A stretch of DNA of 64,000 nt from NCBI GenBank assembly GCA_951406725.2, contig OX597842.1, forward strand, positions 25,854,001-25,918,000, given 5' to 3'. This DNA is from Octopus vulgaris. Taxonomy: Eukaryota. The position numbers were made by a program, and so were the translations under genes. The notes beneath the pieces are model-generated. The model ran no database searches, had not been told where the DNA came from, and saw only the letters and a list, made by a program, of their open reading frames with translations. Of this stretch, positions 26,816 to 42,510 are shown one piece after another (the stretch's first letter is position 1; each line of letters starts with the position of its first letter).

Positions 26816-27642
26816 AAATGTAATACTTATATATCGAAATCGTTCAACATCAATGGAATTGCCAGTGTCGTCCCGACTGGCCTCCGTGCCGGTGGCACGT
26901 AAAAAGCACCATCCGATTGTGGCCGTTGCCAGCCTTGTCTGGCCCCCGTGTCGGTGGCACATAAAAAGCACCATCCGATTGTGGCCGTTGCCAGCCTTGT
27001 CTGGCCCCCGTGTCGGTGGCACGTAAAAAGCACCATCCGATTGTGGCCGTTGCCAGCCTTGTCTGGCCCCCGTGTCGGTGGCACGTAAAAAGCACCATCC
27101 AATCGTGGCCGTTTGCCAGCCTCGTCTGGCACCCGTGCAGGTGGCATATAAAAAGCACCCACTACACTCTCGGAGTGGTTGGCGTTAGGAAGGGCATCCA
27201 GCTGTAGAAACACTGCCAGATCTGACTGGCCTGGTGCAGCCTTCAGGCTCCCCTGACCCCAGTTGAACCGTCCAACCCATGCTAGCATGGAAAACGGACG
27301 CTAAATGAATGATGATGAATGATGATATATATATATATATACATATATACGACGGGCTTCTTTTCAGTTTCCATCTACCAAATCCACTCACAAGGCATTG
27401 GTCGGCCCGAGGCTATAGTAGAAGACACTTTGCCCAAGGTGCCACGCAGTGGGACTGAACCCGGAACCATATATTTCTGTGTGAGTTAGAGGTTGAGAAA
27501 CCAACTAAGGGATAGTACCTATCCAATATACTGCTGGTAGTAGTGTACCCATTTATTCATATCCAAGTGCTAGTTATTGCATGGCAATTTCGTAATTGAG
27601 TATTATATATGGGCAGGGGTAAAAGAGCGATTTACCCATGAT

Positions 27643-28052
27643 TTATACAGCAAGTAAGAAAAGGGTGAGGATATAAAATCGACAGACATCAGCCGGTATA
27701 CATTCAATTATGTCTATTTATTCAATTGTACTCAATGAATACACACTCATGTGTGAGTGGTATAGATTAATGAGTGGCAAAAAAGCTGGTAATTGCATAG
27801 ACAAGGTGTGAACACATACAAGTGTATAGAAATAAATGACCAAAAATTTAGATGGGTGAGTAGGTATTTTTGCTCATTGTATGTATTCACACCCTTGTCT
27901 ATGCAGTTACCAGATTTTTCCCCTCGTTAATCTATATCGCTCATGCATGTGTGTATTTATCCAATACATTTGAATAAATAGACATAATTCAATACTTACC
28001 GGTTGATGTCTGTCAATTTTATATCCTCTCTGTTTTTTTACTTGCTGTACAT
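27643..28052. repeat. Fold-back element with ~180-bp inverted arms
   Basis: TACAGCAAGTAA...CATAGACAAGG versus CCTTGTCTATG...TTACTTGCTGTA. Confidence 0.85.
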
Positions 28053-28384
28053 ATATGTGTGTGTGTGTAGAGGCGCAATGGCTCAGTAGTTAGGGCAGCG
28101 GACTCGCGGTTTCGATTCCCAGACCAGACGTTGTGTGTGTTTATTGAGCGAAAACACCTAAGGCTCCACGCGGCTCCAGCAGGGGGTGGTGGCGACCCCT
28201 GTTGTACTCTTTCGCCCCAACTTTCTCTCGCTCTTTCTTCCTGTTTCTTGAGTAACGCTGCGATGGACTGGCATCCCGTCCAGCTGGGGGTAACACATAT
28301 GCCACAGAAACCAGGCACATGAGCCTGGTTAGGCTTGAAACGGGCGCATAAATAAATAATATATATATAAATATGATATATATC

Positions 28385-30720
28385 ATCATCCTCATCATCA
28401 TCGTTTAATGTCCGCTTTCCATGCTGGCATGGGTTGGACGGCTTGAATATAGACTGGCGAGCCAGATGGCTGCACAAGGCTCCAATCTGATCTGGCAGAG
28501 TTTCTACAGCTGGATGCTTTTCTTAATGCCAACCACTCCGAGAGTGTAGTGGGTGCTTTTATGTGTCACTGGCAAGAGGGCCAGTCTGGTGGTCCTGGCA
28601 ATGGCCATGCTCAAATGGTGTTTTTTATGTGCCACCTGCACAGGAGCCAGTCCAACGGCACTGGCAATGACATTGCTTGAATGTTGCCTTTCACATGCCA
28701 CTGGCTCAAGTGCCAGTAAGGCGACGCTGCTAATGATCACACTTGAGTGCTGCTTTTTACATGCCACCAGCACAGGAGCCAGTCAACGACCCTGGCAATG
28801 ATCACGCTTAGATGGTGCTCTTAGCACTCCACTAGCACAGATGCCAGTCAAGCGGTGCTGTCATTGAATTTGATTTCGATTTCACTTGCCTCAACAGGTC
28901 TTCGCAAGCAGAGTTTAGAGTCCAATGAAGGAAAGGTATGCACAAATGGGCTGGTTATACCCCTGGCATAGGCCACGAGGTTATGGTCTTACTTGGCTTG
29001 CCGGGTCTTCTCAAGCACTGCATATTTCCAAAGGTCCCAGTCACTAGTCATTTCCTTGGTGAGGCCCAATGTTCGAAGGTCATGCTTCACCACCTCATCC
29101 CAGGTCTTCCTGGTTCTACTTCTTCCATAGGTTCCCTCAACCGCTAGGGTGTGACACTTTTACACACAGCTATCCTCATCCATTCTCGCTACATGTCCAT
29201 ATAAGCGCAGTCGTCTCTCTTGCCCACCATATCTGATGATTCTTAGGTCCAACTTTTCTCTCAAGATACTTACACTCTGTCGAGTATACACACTGACATT
29301 ACACATCCATCGGAGCATACTGGCTTCATTCCTTGTAAATTTATGCATGTCCTCAGCAGTCACAGCCCATGTTTCACTGCCATGTAGCATGGCTGTTCGT
29401 ACACATGCGTCATACAATCTGCCTTTTACTCTGAGCGAGAGACCCTTTGTCACCAGCAGAGGTAAGAGCTCTCTGAACTTTGCCCAGGCTATTCTTACTC
29501 TAGCAGCTACACTTTCAGAGCACCCACCCCTGCTACTGACTTGGTCACCTAGGTAACGAAAGCTATCAACTACTTCTAGTTTTTCTCCCTGGAACATGGT
29601 AGTTGTTCTCTGCGCATTTTCAGTGTTTATTGGTCCTGAGCATCTGCCACATACAAAAACTATCTTCCCAGTTAGCTTTCCTTTGATATTGCTGCACTCC
29701 TTATGTGCCCATAGATTACACTGGGTACATCTTATAGAGTTTCTACCTACACCTTTTCTACAGATCGAGCAGGGCCATCTACCTGAAGGGATTTGTGGTT
29801 TGTCTGCCTTCCTACTTATTAGGACTTTCATTTTAGCTAGGTTGACTCTAAGGCCCTTCGATTTTAATCTTTGCTTCCACACCTGAAAATTCTCTAGTTC
29901 TGATAGTGACTCAGCAATTAAAGCAAGGTCATCAGCATAGAGGAGCTCCCAGGGGTATCCTGTCTTGAATTCCTCCGTTATTGCCTGGAGGACTATGATA
30001 AATAGGAGGGGGCTGAGGACTGAACCTTGGTGGACCCCTACCTCTACCCTGAATTCTTCACCGTACTCGTTGCCAACCCTCACCTTTCTGACAGCGTCCA
30101 TGTACATGGCTTGCACGGCTCTCACTAACCATTCATCTATCCCTAGTTTCCTCATTGTCCACCAGATAAGGGATCGGGGGCCCTGTCAAAGGCTTTCTCC
30201 ATGTTAACGAAAGCCAGGTACAGGGGCTTATCTTTGGCTAGGTATTTCTCCTGCAGCTGTCTTACTAGAAATATAGCATCAGTGGTGGTTTTCCCTGGCA
30301 CGAAACCAAACTGGGTCTCATCCAAACTGACTCTCTCCCTAATTAGTTGGGCTATGACCCTCTCCATGATCTTCATTACCTGATCCAACAGCTTGATACC
30401 TCTGTAATTATTTGTATCTAAAGCATCACCTTTACCTTTGTAGCAGTAGACTATGGTGCTGCTACACCAGTCATTGGGTATGACTCCTTCGTGAATCACC
30501 TGGTTAACTATACGGGTGACTAGGCTATAGCCGACACTGCCAGATATTTTGAGCATCTCTGCAGCAATTCCTGCAGGGGGCTTTTAATTGCTTTATCTAC
30601 CAAGGTACTGTCAACTCGGATAGCTGGTCCCTCTGTTGGGTCGACATTTGGCAGACTCTCTTTCTCCCATTAATTCTCTTTATTGAGCAACCTTTCATTG
30701 TGGTGTCTTCATGCAGCAAC
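28385..30720 (-). mobile_element. 5'-truncated RTE-clade LINE: RT with frameshift, 3' UTR and (GAT)n tail
   Basis: ORFs 30556-30152 (NYRGIKLL, QFGFVPG, AFVNMEKAFD) and 30155-29160 (HQGSVLSP, LLYADD, FRYLG, TAMLHGSETW). The 3' end reads GCATGGAAAGCGGACATTAAACGATGATGATG. Confidence 0.93.
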
Positions 30721-30722
30721 CT

Positions 30723-30774
<52 letters not shown>

Positions 30775-30779
30775 TATAG

Positions 30780-31815
30780 TGGCCCTCTCAAATATGCCCT
30801 CAAATGCCGGATAGCCACTCTGGCCAGCTATGCAGACGATACGAAAGTCTCGCAGAAAATACAGAACCCCAGCGATGTTGCACACCTGCAGCAGGAGTTG
30901 GACTCAATCTACAGATGGGCTGAGGATAATAATATGCAGTTTAATGCTGAAAAATTCCAGGCCCTGCGCTACCAGCATCCAAAACTGAATATTAAACTTA
31001 CAGGATACACCGATCCACAGGGAATTTCAATCCCAGAGCCTAAGTCTGTGAGGGAACCTGGGTATCGACATGAGTGATGATACCTCTTTCCAAGTGCACA
31101 TTACCAGGGTGGCGACAAAGTGCAGACGACTGGCTGGGTGGATCCTAAGAACATTCAGAACCAGAGATAAGGAAACCATGATGGTCCTCTGGCGGACATT
31201 CGTCCTCAGTCATCCTGGATTACTGCTCACAGCTATGGTCACCCACCAGTGTAAAATTAACAGCGGACCTTGAAGCAATCCAGAGAAGATTCACAAAGAA
31301 GATCGTCTCTTTGCAACAGCTCAGCTACTGGGAAAGGTTGAAACAGCTAAGACTCTACACCCTGGAGAGAAGACGGGAGAGGTATGCAGTAATATATGTC
31401 TGGAAGATCCTAGAAGGAATTGTGCCAAATTTTGGCATTGTAAGCTACACCAATGCTAGAACGGGACGACACTGCATAGTGCCAAAGATCCCAGCAATGC
31501 CATCATGCTTCAGGACCAGCTTCTGCAACAGCCTGGGTTTCAAGGGCCCACAGCTTTTTAATATTCTCCCAAAGAGTCTGAGGAACTTGCACAAAGTAGA
31601 TGTAGCGGTTTTTAAATCAAAGCTGGACATCTTCCTGTCGAGAGTCCCAGATGAACCTACCTCACGGCAAGAGGTGCAAATGAGAGTAGCTATATCAAAC
31701 TCCATTCTTCACCAAGTGCCACATATTAGAGGAAGTTCTTCGTAATAACATTGTAGCACAAAACAGCGGTGCATCAGCATGGCTGCAGCTCTGAGCTGAA
31801 ACTAGAAAAAAAAAA
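30780..31815 (+). mobile_element. 5'-truncated CR1-group LINE: RT C-terminus, frameshifted, with poly(A) tail
   Basis: SYADDTK, MQFNAEKF, LAGWILRTF, LSYWERLKQLRLYTLERRRERY and FKSKLD occur across three frames. The element ends in CAGCATGGCTGCAGCTCTGAGCTGAAACTAG(A)n. Confidence 0.88.
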
Positions 31816-32560
31816 ATATATATATATATATATAGGTGTGTGTGTCTTTGTGTCTGTGTTTGTCTCTACCACTGCTTGACAAATGGTTTTGGTGTGTTTA
31901 TGGTGACTCAGAGGATAAGTATCAGACTGAAAACAGAAAGTGCAGTGGGCATGAAATTTGTCTAACTAAAATTTTTCAAGGTAATGACCTAACATGCCCA
32001 CATTGAAATGAAAGAAACCAGTAACAGAGAGAAAATTATAAAACTTAATAGCCATGTTAATCCACACACACACACACACAAATATGTAAACAGTTTTTAA
32101 ATATTCTGTGATAAAAAAGAAACACAGTACAGATTCTGATACGTTTATTCATATGTAAGGTAAACAAGAAAATATAATGTGTACAACACTGGTGTTTACC
32201 TCAATATTGTATGTTGGGTTACACTGTAGCCTCTGCGCTACAAATAAACTGCACATTATTTATCACATTGCTTCAATGTTAAACAAAAGACTGAGCTTAT
32301 TTCACTCTGCTGACATAGTACACAGTTCATTCTTAAGAAGTACAAATCAGACCATCTGCATACATGATGAATAGCAACTGATGTTACAGACTCCATAGTT
32401 ACTTGTAAGCAAATTGAATATAATTTTAACGGTTTTAATAGTTCTTAGAAATTGTATTTTTTTTCATTCAATAATGTGTGCAATCAACCACAAGGCTGAT
32501 TAAAGGAATGAAGTTGTGGTCTCCTATTATATTTACCTTACTTATAAGTAAACATCAAAG

Positions 32561-34530
<1,970 letters not shown>

Positions 34531-35449
34531 TAGAAAAAGGATAAAAATATAATAAAAAAAAACAAGAGAGAAAGATTTTCATAAAAATATAAGACCAATT
34601 TTACAATTATAATTATTTCATTTAGAAGTGAAAAATGAAAATCACCGATAAATTTGAAATAAAATTCGATTGCTTTTTTATTGATTGATTGGAGTAATTA
34701 ATTGATTGGTTAATTATTTGCTTGGTTGGGCGGTCGGTGGGTTTAGAAATGGTAGTAGGCACAAGTTACGGCCCCTGATAATTTTTGCATTTTTTTTTTT
34801 TGTTTTTCTTTCTTTTTTCGTGATTGACCGAGGAGTGTGATACAGAACATTGCAAACGTTGAACGTATTCGCCATGCAAAAAGGAGGCGTGTAAAAGCAA
34901 TGCCATGAAGAGAGAAAAGTGTACTGGTACCCCAAAGAAAAGTATAATGGTACCCCAAAGAAAAGTATAGTGGTACCCCCCAAGAAAAGCAATGGAAATG
35001 AGTCAGTGATTTCCCCCACCCCCAGCGGTATAACTCTTAACACCACATGCCAATGACCAAAAAATAAATTTTATTTTATTTATTTTATTTTATCTAGTTT
35101 CAGCTCACGAGCTGTGGCCATGCTGAGGCACCGCCATAAATAAATAAATACATAAATAAATAAATAAATAAATAAGCTTTAATAAACATCAATTGTGGAG
35201 GTTCAATGGCCCAGTGGTTAGGGCAGCGGACTCGCGATTGGAGGATCGCAGTTTCAATTCCCAGAACGGGCGTTGCGTGTGTTTATTGAGCGTCCTTTAT
35301 TTCTTTGATAGAAACCCTGTTTTACAACCATCAAAATTTATAACTTTTCTCCAAATTTCATGTTAATTTATATTCAAAAACACAAGTTGAATAATAAAGT
35401 TCTTTTGTTGAGTCTTGGAAGGGTTATTAAAGGATAGAGAAATCATTGT

Positions 35450-35760
35450 AGAGGCGCAAATGGCCCAGTGGTTAGGGCAGCGGATTCGCAGTCGGAGGAT
35501 CACGGTTTCGATTCCCAGACTAGGTGTTGTGTGTGTTTATTGAGCGAAAACACCTAAGCTCCACGAAGCTCTGGCAAGGGGTGGAGGTGACCCCTGTTGT
35601 ACTCTTTCACCACAACTTTCTCTCACTCTTTCTTCCTGTTTCTTGAGTAATGCTGTGATGGACTGGCGTCCCATCCAGCTGGGGGGAACACATACGCCAT
35701 AGAAACCGGGAAACCGGGCCCATGAGCCTGGCTAGGCTTTAAAAGGGCGCATAAATAAAA
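35450..35760 (+). mobile_element. tRNA-derived SINE family C (tRNA-Arg-like head)
   Basis: TGGCCCAGTGGTTAGGGCAGCGG...GGTTTCGATTCCC A/B boxes and an (ATAA)n tail. Other copies at ~11380, 28068, 35197 and 56722. Confidence 0.8.
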
Positions 35761-36664
35761 AAGATAAACATCAATTAGAGTTTTCTTTCGAGTTTCACAA
35801 ACTCTGAAGCAAAAATATAAATTTTCAAAAAAAAACTAATACAAATTGAAAAAAAAGCCAGAAGATAAAGCAATTTGTGCATTTGGATATGATTTAAAGG
35901 TATAAATTGCATCACAAATTGTACAACTTGTATGTTTTGACACATAGCATATTTTTGCAAGGAGGCCATCTTAACTTTGATGGATGTACCTCTAATATTG
36001 ACTAGAAAGTTTTTGAATTGAATATGAACAAAAAAAAACAACCAGATCTTAGTACTGTCCTATACTTTACCAAGATGGTTTTGTCTGTGGCCGAGTGGTA
36101 ATTATATATATGTGTGTGTGTAAATGAGCTTATATATATATGTATATATATATAATAATAATATAAGGGAATATAATTCCAAACTTACAGGGAAAAATTC
36201 AATTTAGAAAAACTAAGTCAAATTTCACAAAATATAATATTATATATATATATATATAAATATAAATTAGAAAAAAAATCACCTTTTATCAATTCAACAA
36301 TGAATTCTATAGGATGTAATTTTTTCTATATGGTATAATTAAATTTTTTCCTTGTTGAATTGATAAAAAGTGTTTTTTTTTTAATAATTTATATATATAT
36401 ATATATAAATATTTATATATATATATATGTATATATAAATATTTATATATATATATGTATGTATTTATACATATATGTATATAAATATAAATATGTATAC
36501 ACACCACACACACATATATATATGCATATATATATACACATATATATACATTAGTTGGAGTGTGAAGGAAATTACAATATGCCAAGCATATTTGAACTAA
36601 CCAAAAGTCTGTTTATAAATATAATATATATATATGCATGTATGTGAGCTTGTGTGTATATATA

Positions 36665-36748
<84 letters not shown>

Positions 36749-37287
36749 TATATATAAATATATATATGTGCATAACAAATTCCAATACTCGATCATTGGA
36801 TGTTATACATCGCTGATCACAATGCCCCTCACATGGTTTTAGTTTTCGAAATATGCCACCCCACAAGCTTAGGCAAACAGGCTAACATGAAATGAAGTCT
36901 TTTGCTCAGGGACACAATGCACTACCTGCTCTGGGGATTGAACTCACGATCCAGCAACCATGAGTGCAAAAGCTTAAACACTAAAGCATATACATATATA
37001 CACATTATATTCTCTTATTTGTTTCAGTTACAGGGACATAAACACACCAACATCGGTTGTCAAGCACTGGTGGGGTGTGGGACAAACAAAAGCACACAAA
37101 CACATACGACAGGCTTCTTTCAGTTTCCGTCTACCAAATTTACACACAAAGCTTTGGTCGTCCTGAGGCTATAGTAGAAGATACTTACCGAAGGTGCTAC
37201 TTAGTGGGACTGAACCTGGAACCATGTAGTTGGTAAGCAACCTACTTAACGCACAGCCACTCCTGCACCTATACATTTATATACATA

Positions 37288-37314
<27 letters not shown>

Positions 37315-37328
<14 letters not shown>

Positions 37329-37712
37329 CTGAAGCTGTCTGTGTATGGCAGGTTTGGTAGCCTTCAACTAACACTATCTCCTCCGAGACCCTGCAATGCA
37401 AGTTGACCAAAATTGAGAGTATGATAGAAGAAGTCTTGCTCTTCCTTCCATAGAAGATAAAATTCAAATCAGACCATGTTAACACCAAAAATTATTTACA
37501 TCAAAAAGGTGTTTTTTTTTCCTATGAAAATCCCTATTTTTTAATGATTTTTCGACTGCTGTGTCGTCATTTTTCGGTCTATTTCAACCAGAAAAATGTT
37601 CAATTCAAGAAAATAACAAGCTACATAATGCAAAATTTTTACTTTTCAAAAATTCCAATTCTAAAGGCTCGAAAAGGATACAAGCCCGAGCAACCCTGGG
37701 TTATACTGCTAG
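37315..37712 (+). mobile_element. Non-autonomous Helitron, second copy
   Basis: Colinear with 59553-59950. Ends CCCGAGCAACCCTGGG...CTAG|T; the 5' end merges into (TA)n. Confidence 0.8.
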
Positions 37713-37747
<35 letters not shown>

Positions 37748-38111
37748 CATGTGGAACTGTTAATCCACACGTTTTTTTCTCTCTCCGTATTTATCCCTCT
37801 TTCCATCTATTTTCTCTCCTCATTCCTTTCTGAAGATGAGCATCAGCTTGAAACATCAAAAACGCTTCCATTTTTCTCAGTCTTAAACTAATACACCCTA
37901 TTTGTTGTTCCCTGACCTATCTCTGTCATTTGCTTTTTATACAATTTTGAACAGCAGGCACAGGAGTCGCTGTGTGGTAAGAAGCTTGTTTCCCAACCAC
38001 ATGGTACTGGGTTCAGTCCCACTGCATGGCACCATGGGCTGACCATATTCTTGTGAGTGGATATGGTAGATGGAAACTGAACAAAGAAGATTGTGTATGT
38101 GTGTGTGTGTG

Positions 38112-38149
<38 letters not shown>

Positions 38150-38935
38150 CTCAGACGTATCACCTCAGTGGTCAAGCTATTGTCACCCTGCTTAGTGGGT
38201 TTCCCCACACGATACAGCTATGGGTCAGACTCGATTCTGATTGGTCAAAACATTGATGACGTCTCGTTCTGCTTGACTAGCCACCTAACAGGATGATTGT
38301 TCAAAACATTGATGACGTCTCGTTCCGCTGGACTAGCCACCTAACAGGATACAGTCATGGGTCAGATCTAATACAGCTATGGGTCAGACCCAATTCTGAT
38401 TGGTCAAAACATTGATGACATCTCGTTCTGCTGGACTAGCCACCTAACAGGATGATTGTTCAAAACATTGATGACGTCTCGTTCCGCTGGACTAGCCACC
38501 TAACAGGAGACAGTCATGGGTCAGATCTAATACAGCTATGGGTCAGACCCGATTCTGATTGGTCAAAACATTGATGACGTCTCGTTCTGCTGGACTAGCC
38601 ACCTAACAGGATGATTGGTCAAAACATTGATGACGTCTCGTTCTGCTGGACTAGCCACCTAACAGGATGATTGGTCAAAACATTGATGACGTCTCGTTCT
38701 GCTGGACTAGCAACCTAACAGGATGATTGGTCAAAACATTGATGACGTCTTGTTCCGCTGGACTAGCCACCTAACAGGATACAGTCATGGGTCAGATCTA
38801 ATTTCGATTCGCTAAAAAAATGATGACGTATTTCTTCTGTGGCCAAACTGTCGTTCCACTTGGTTGGTTTCCTAACAGGATATATTCGTTGAGACTGGGT
38901 TTTGATTGGTTTGGAACTATATGACGTCAGTGAAA
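38150..38935. repeat. 56-bp minisatellite with a ~159-bp higher-order unit
   Basis: GATTGGTCAAAACATTGATGACGTCTCGTTCTGCTGGACTAGCCACCTAACAGGAT. Eight copies of the AAAACATTGATGAC core between 38247 and ~38746. Confidence 0.9.
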
Positions 38936-39298
38936 AATGCAAGTGACCACAGCTAAGCTGAGCTGATATAAACCCAACAATCACAAAATTCACCAAAATT
39001 ATACGAACAGACACCAACCAAAAATCATTACTGTTGCTCCCATTGGAACACAAGGTAAAATCTAAAATGAACTCCTCGCTTTTTCAAGAGCATGAATTTT
39101 TTATACTCTATTGAATGTATGTCACAATTATGAACTACTACATCATACTCTTTAAACATATAGCACGAACTCTCTTTATTATATATAATTTTTTTTTGAT
39201 AAGGTTCGTCATTTCAAGAACCGAAACATGTTAAAAAATAAAAATTAAAATTTGTCTAATATAGCAGCAGTTTCAAACTTCATTTTTTACAAACACAT

Positions 39299-39561
<263 letters not shown>

Positions 39562-39592
39562 CATATACATATATATATACATATATATATAC

Positions 39593-39669
<77 letters not shown>

Positions 39670-39728
39670 CATATATATATATACATATATACATATATAT
39701 ATATATAATATATATATATATATATACA

Positions 39729-39769
<41 letters not shown>

Positions 39770-39805
39770 ACATACATATATATATATATACATATATATA
39801 TATAC

Positions 39806-39838
<33 letters not shown>

Positions 39839-40215
39839 CATATATATATACATACATATATATATATACATACATATATATATACATACATATATATATA
39901 CATACATATATATATACATACATATATATATATACATACATATATATATATACATACATATATATATACATACATATATATATACATACATATATATATA
40001 CATACATATATATATACATACATATATATATACATACATATATATATACATACATATATATATACATACATATATATATATACATACATATATATATACA
40101 TACATATATATATACATACATATATATATACATACATATATATATACATACATATATATATACATACATATATATATACATACATATATATATACATACA
40201 TATATATACATACAA

Positions 40216-40332
<117 letters not shown>

Positions 40333-40378
40333 ATAGATAGATAAGGCATGGCTGCATGGTAAGAAGTTTGCTTCCCAA

Positions 40379-40413
<35 letters not shown>

Positions 40414-40735
40414 CACATATATATATGTATGTATATATGTGTGTATTTGTGTGTCTGTGTTTGTCCCCTTACCCTCGCCTGACAACCGATGTTGGCAAAA
40501 AAGGTCGATAAAATAAGTACTAGGATTTCAAAGAATAAGTCCTGGGACCGATTCATTTGACTGAAGGTGGTGCTCCAGCATGACCACAGTCAAATGACTG
40601 AAACAAGTAAAAGAGTGTATATATCTATCTATCTATCTATCTATATATATGTATATATATATGTGTATATATATATATGTGTGTATATATATACATATGT
40701 ATGTATGTCCGTATATATGTATATGTATGTATATA

Positions 40736-40782
<47 letters not shown>

Positions 40783-41188
40783 ATAGATAGATAAGGCATG
40801 GCTGCATGGTAAGAAGTTTGCTTCCCAACCATATGGTACTGGGTTCAGTCCCACTGTGTGTCACCTTGGCCAAGTATATTCTACTATACCCTCGGACCAC
40901 TCAAAGCCTTTTGAATGAATTTTATAGATGGAAACTGAAAGAACCTCATCACATATATATGTGTGTGTGTGTGTGTATGTTCTGCACCATCACTTGACAA
41001 TTGGTGATGGTATATTTACATCCCTGTAACTTGAGAGTTTGACAAAAGGGTCTGATGGAATGAGTACCAGGCCTTTTAAAAATCAGTATTGGGTCAACTC
41101 AATCAACTTTCTTCAATTCTAGTTAGTGCCCCCACCCCACCGCCAGCATTGGCTGCAGTCTAATGACTAAAGCAAGTAAAATATAAAA

Positions 41189-41259
<71 letters not shown>

Positions 41260-41283
41260 ACATACATATATACATACATATAC

Positions 41284-41314
<31 letters not shown>

Positions 41315-41361
41315 CGTGCATATACATATATATATATATGTACATATACATGCATATACAT

Positions 41362-41392
<31 letters not shown>

Positions 41393-41411
41393 TATATATG
41401 TACATATACAT

Positions 41412-41442
<31 letters not shown>

Positions 41443-41561
41443 TATATGTACATATATATATGTACATATACATATATATATGTACATATACATATATATA
41501 TGTACATATACATATGTACATATATATATATACATATACATACATATACATATATACATAC

Positions 41562-41605
<44 letters not shown>

Positions 41606-41826
41606 TGAACAATGACAGTGAGTGCTCAACACTGCAAAAGTGAGTAAAATTCTTTGTGTATTCAGACTACCATCAGTTTCATGTTCAGGGGCACTTCAAT
41701 GATTATTCAAGCCAGTCACATGGAAATGTTGGTGTTCATCTCCATACGAGAAAAGAAAACTGATGCTTCCATGTGACAGGCTTGATAATTGTATAGGTAT
41801 CTCCTAGCATGAAACCAATGGTAGCC

Positions 41827-41865
<39 letters not shown>

Positions 41866-42454
41866 ACACACACACACACACTTTTGGTCACTTATTGTTT
41901 GTAATTTTGTATTTTAATTCAACAGTACAGAAAAATGTACTTCTCAGGCTAAAATTGATTTACGAATATGAAAAAAAGGTAGCTTTTGTCTGCTAGAATG
42001 TAAAGTAAACTTTAGAGATGTGTTTTATGAAAAAATATAATAGTGTGCTTGATAGCGAGAAATATAGTATTGCATTGTTGTCTCCCTTGGAGAAATCCCC
42101 ACTGTCTTTAAAATAGGGATCACATGAGCCAGGAGGGAACGGCTTCTTTTGTAATCATATAACAATAGTAAAACATGTAATAATAATAATAATAATAATA
42201 TTAATAATAATAAAAAATAATAATAATCCTTTCTACTAAAGGCACAAGGCCTCAGATTTTTGTGGAAGGGGACTAGTTGATAACATCGACCCCAGTGCAT
42301 AACTGGTACTTAATTTATTGACCCAAAAAGGATCAAAGGCAAAGTGGACCTTGGTGGAATTTGAACTCAGAACATGAAAGATAGACGAAATACTGCTTAG
42401 CCTTTTGCCCAGTGTGCTAAACAATTCTGCCAGCTCACTGCCTTAATAATGATG

Positions 42455-42510
<56 letters not shown>

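Noticed and set aside
38220-38800. CRISPR-like regular repeats (also 52-54 kb and 47-48.6 kb)
   Set aside because: No unique spacers and no cas genes; these are eukaryotic minisatellites.
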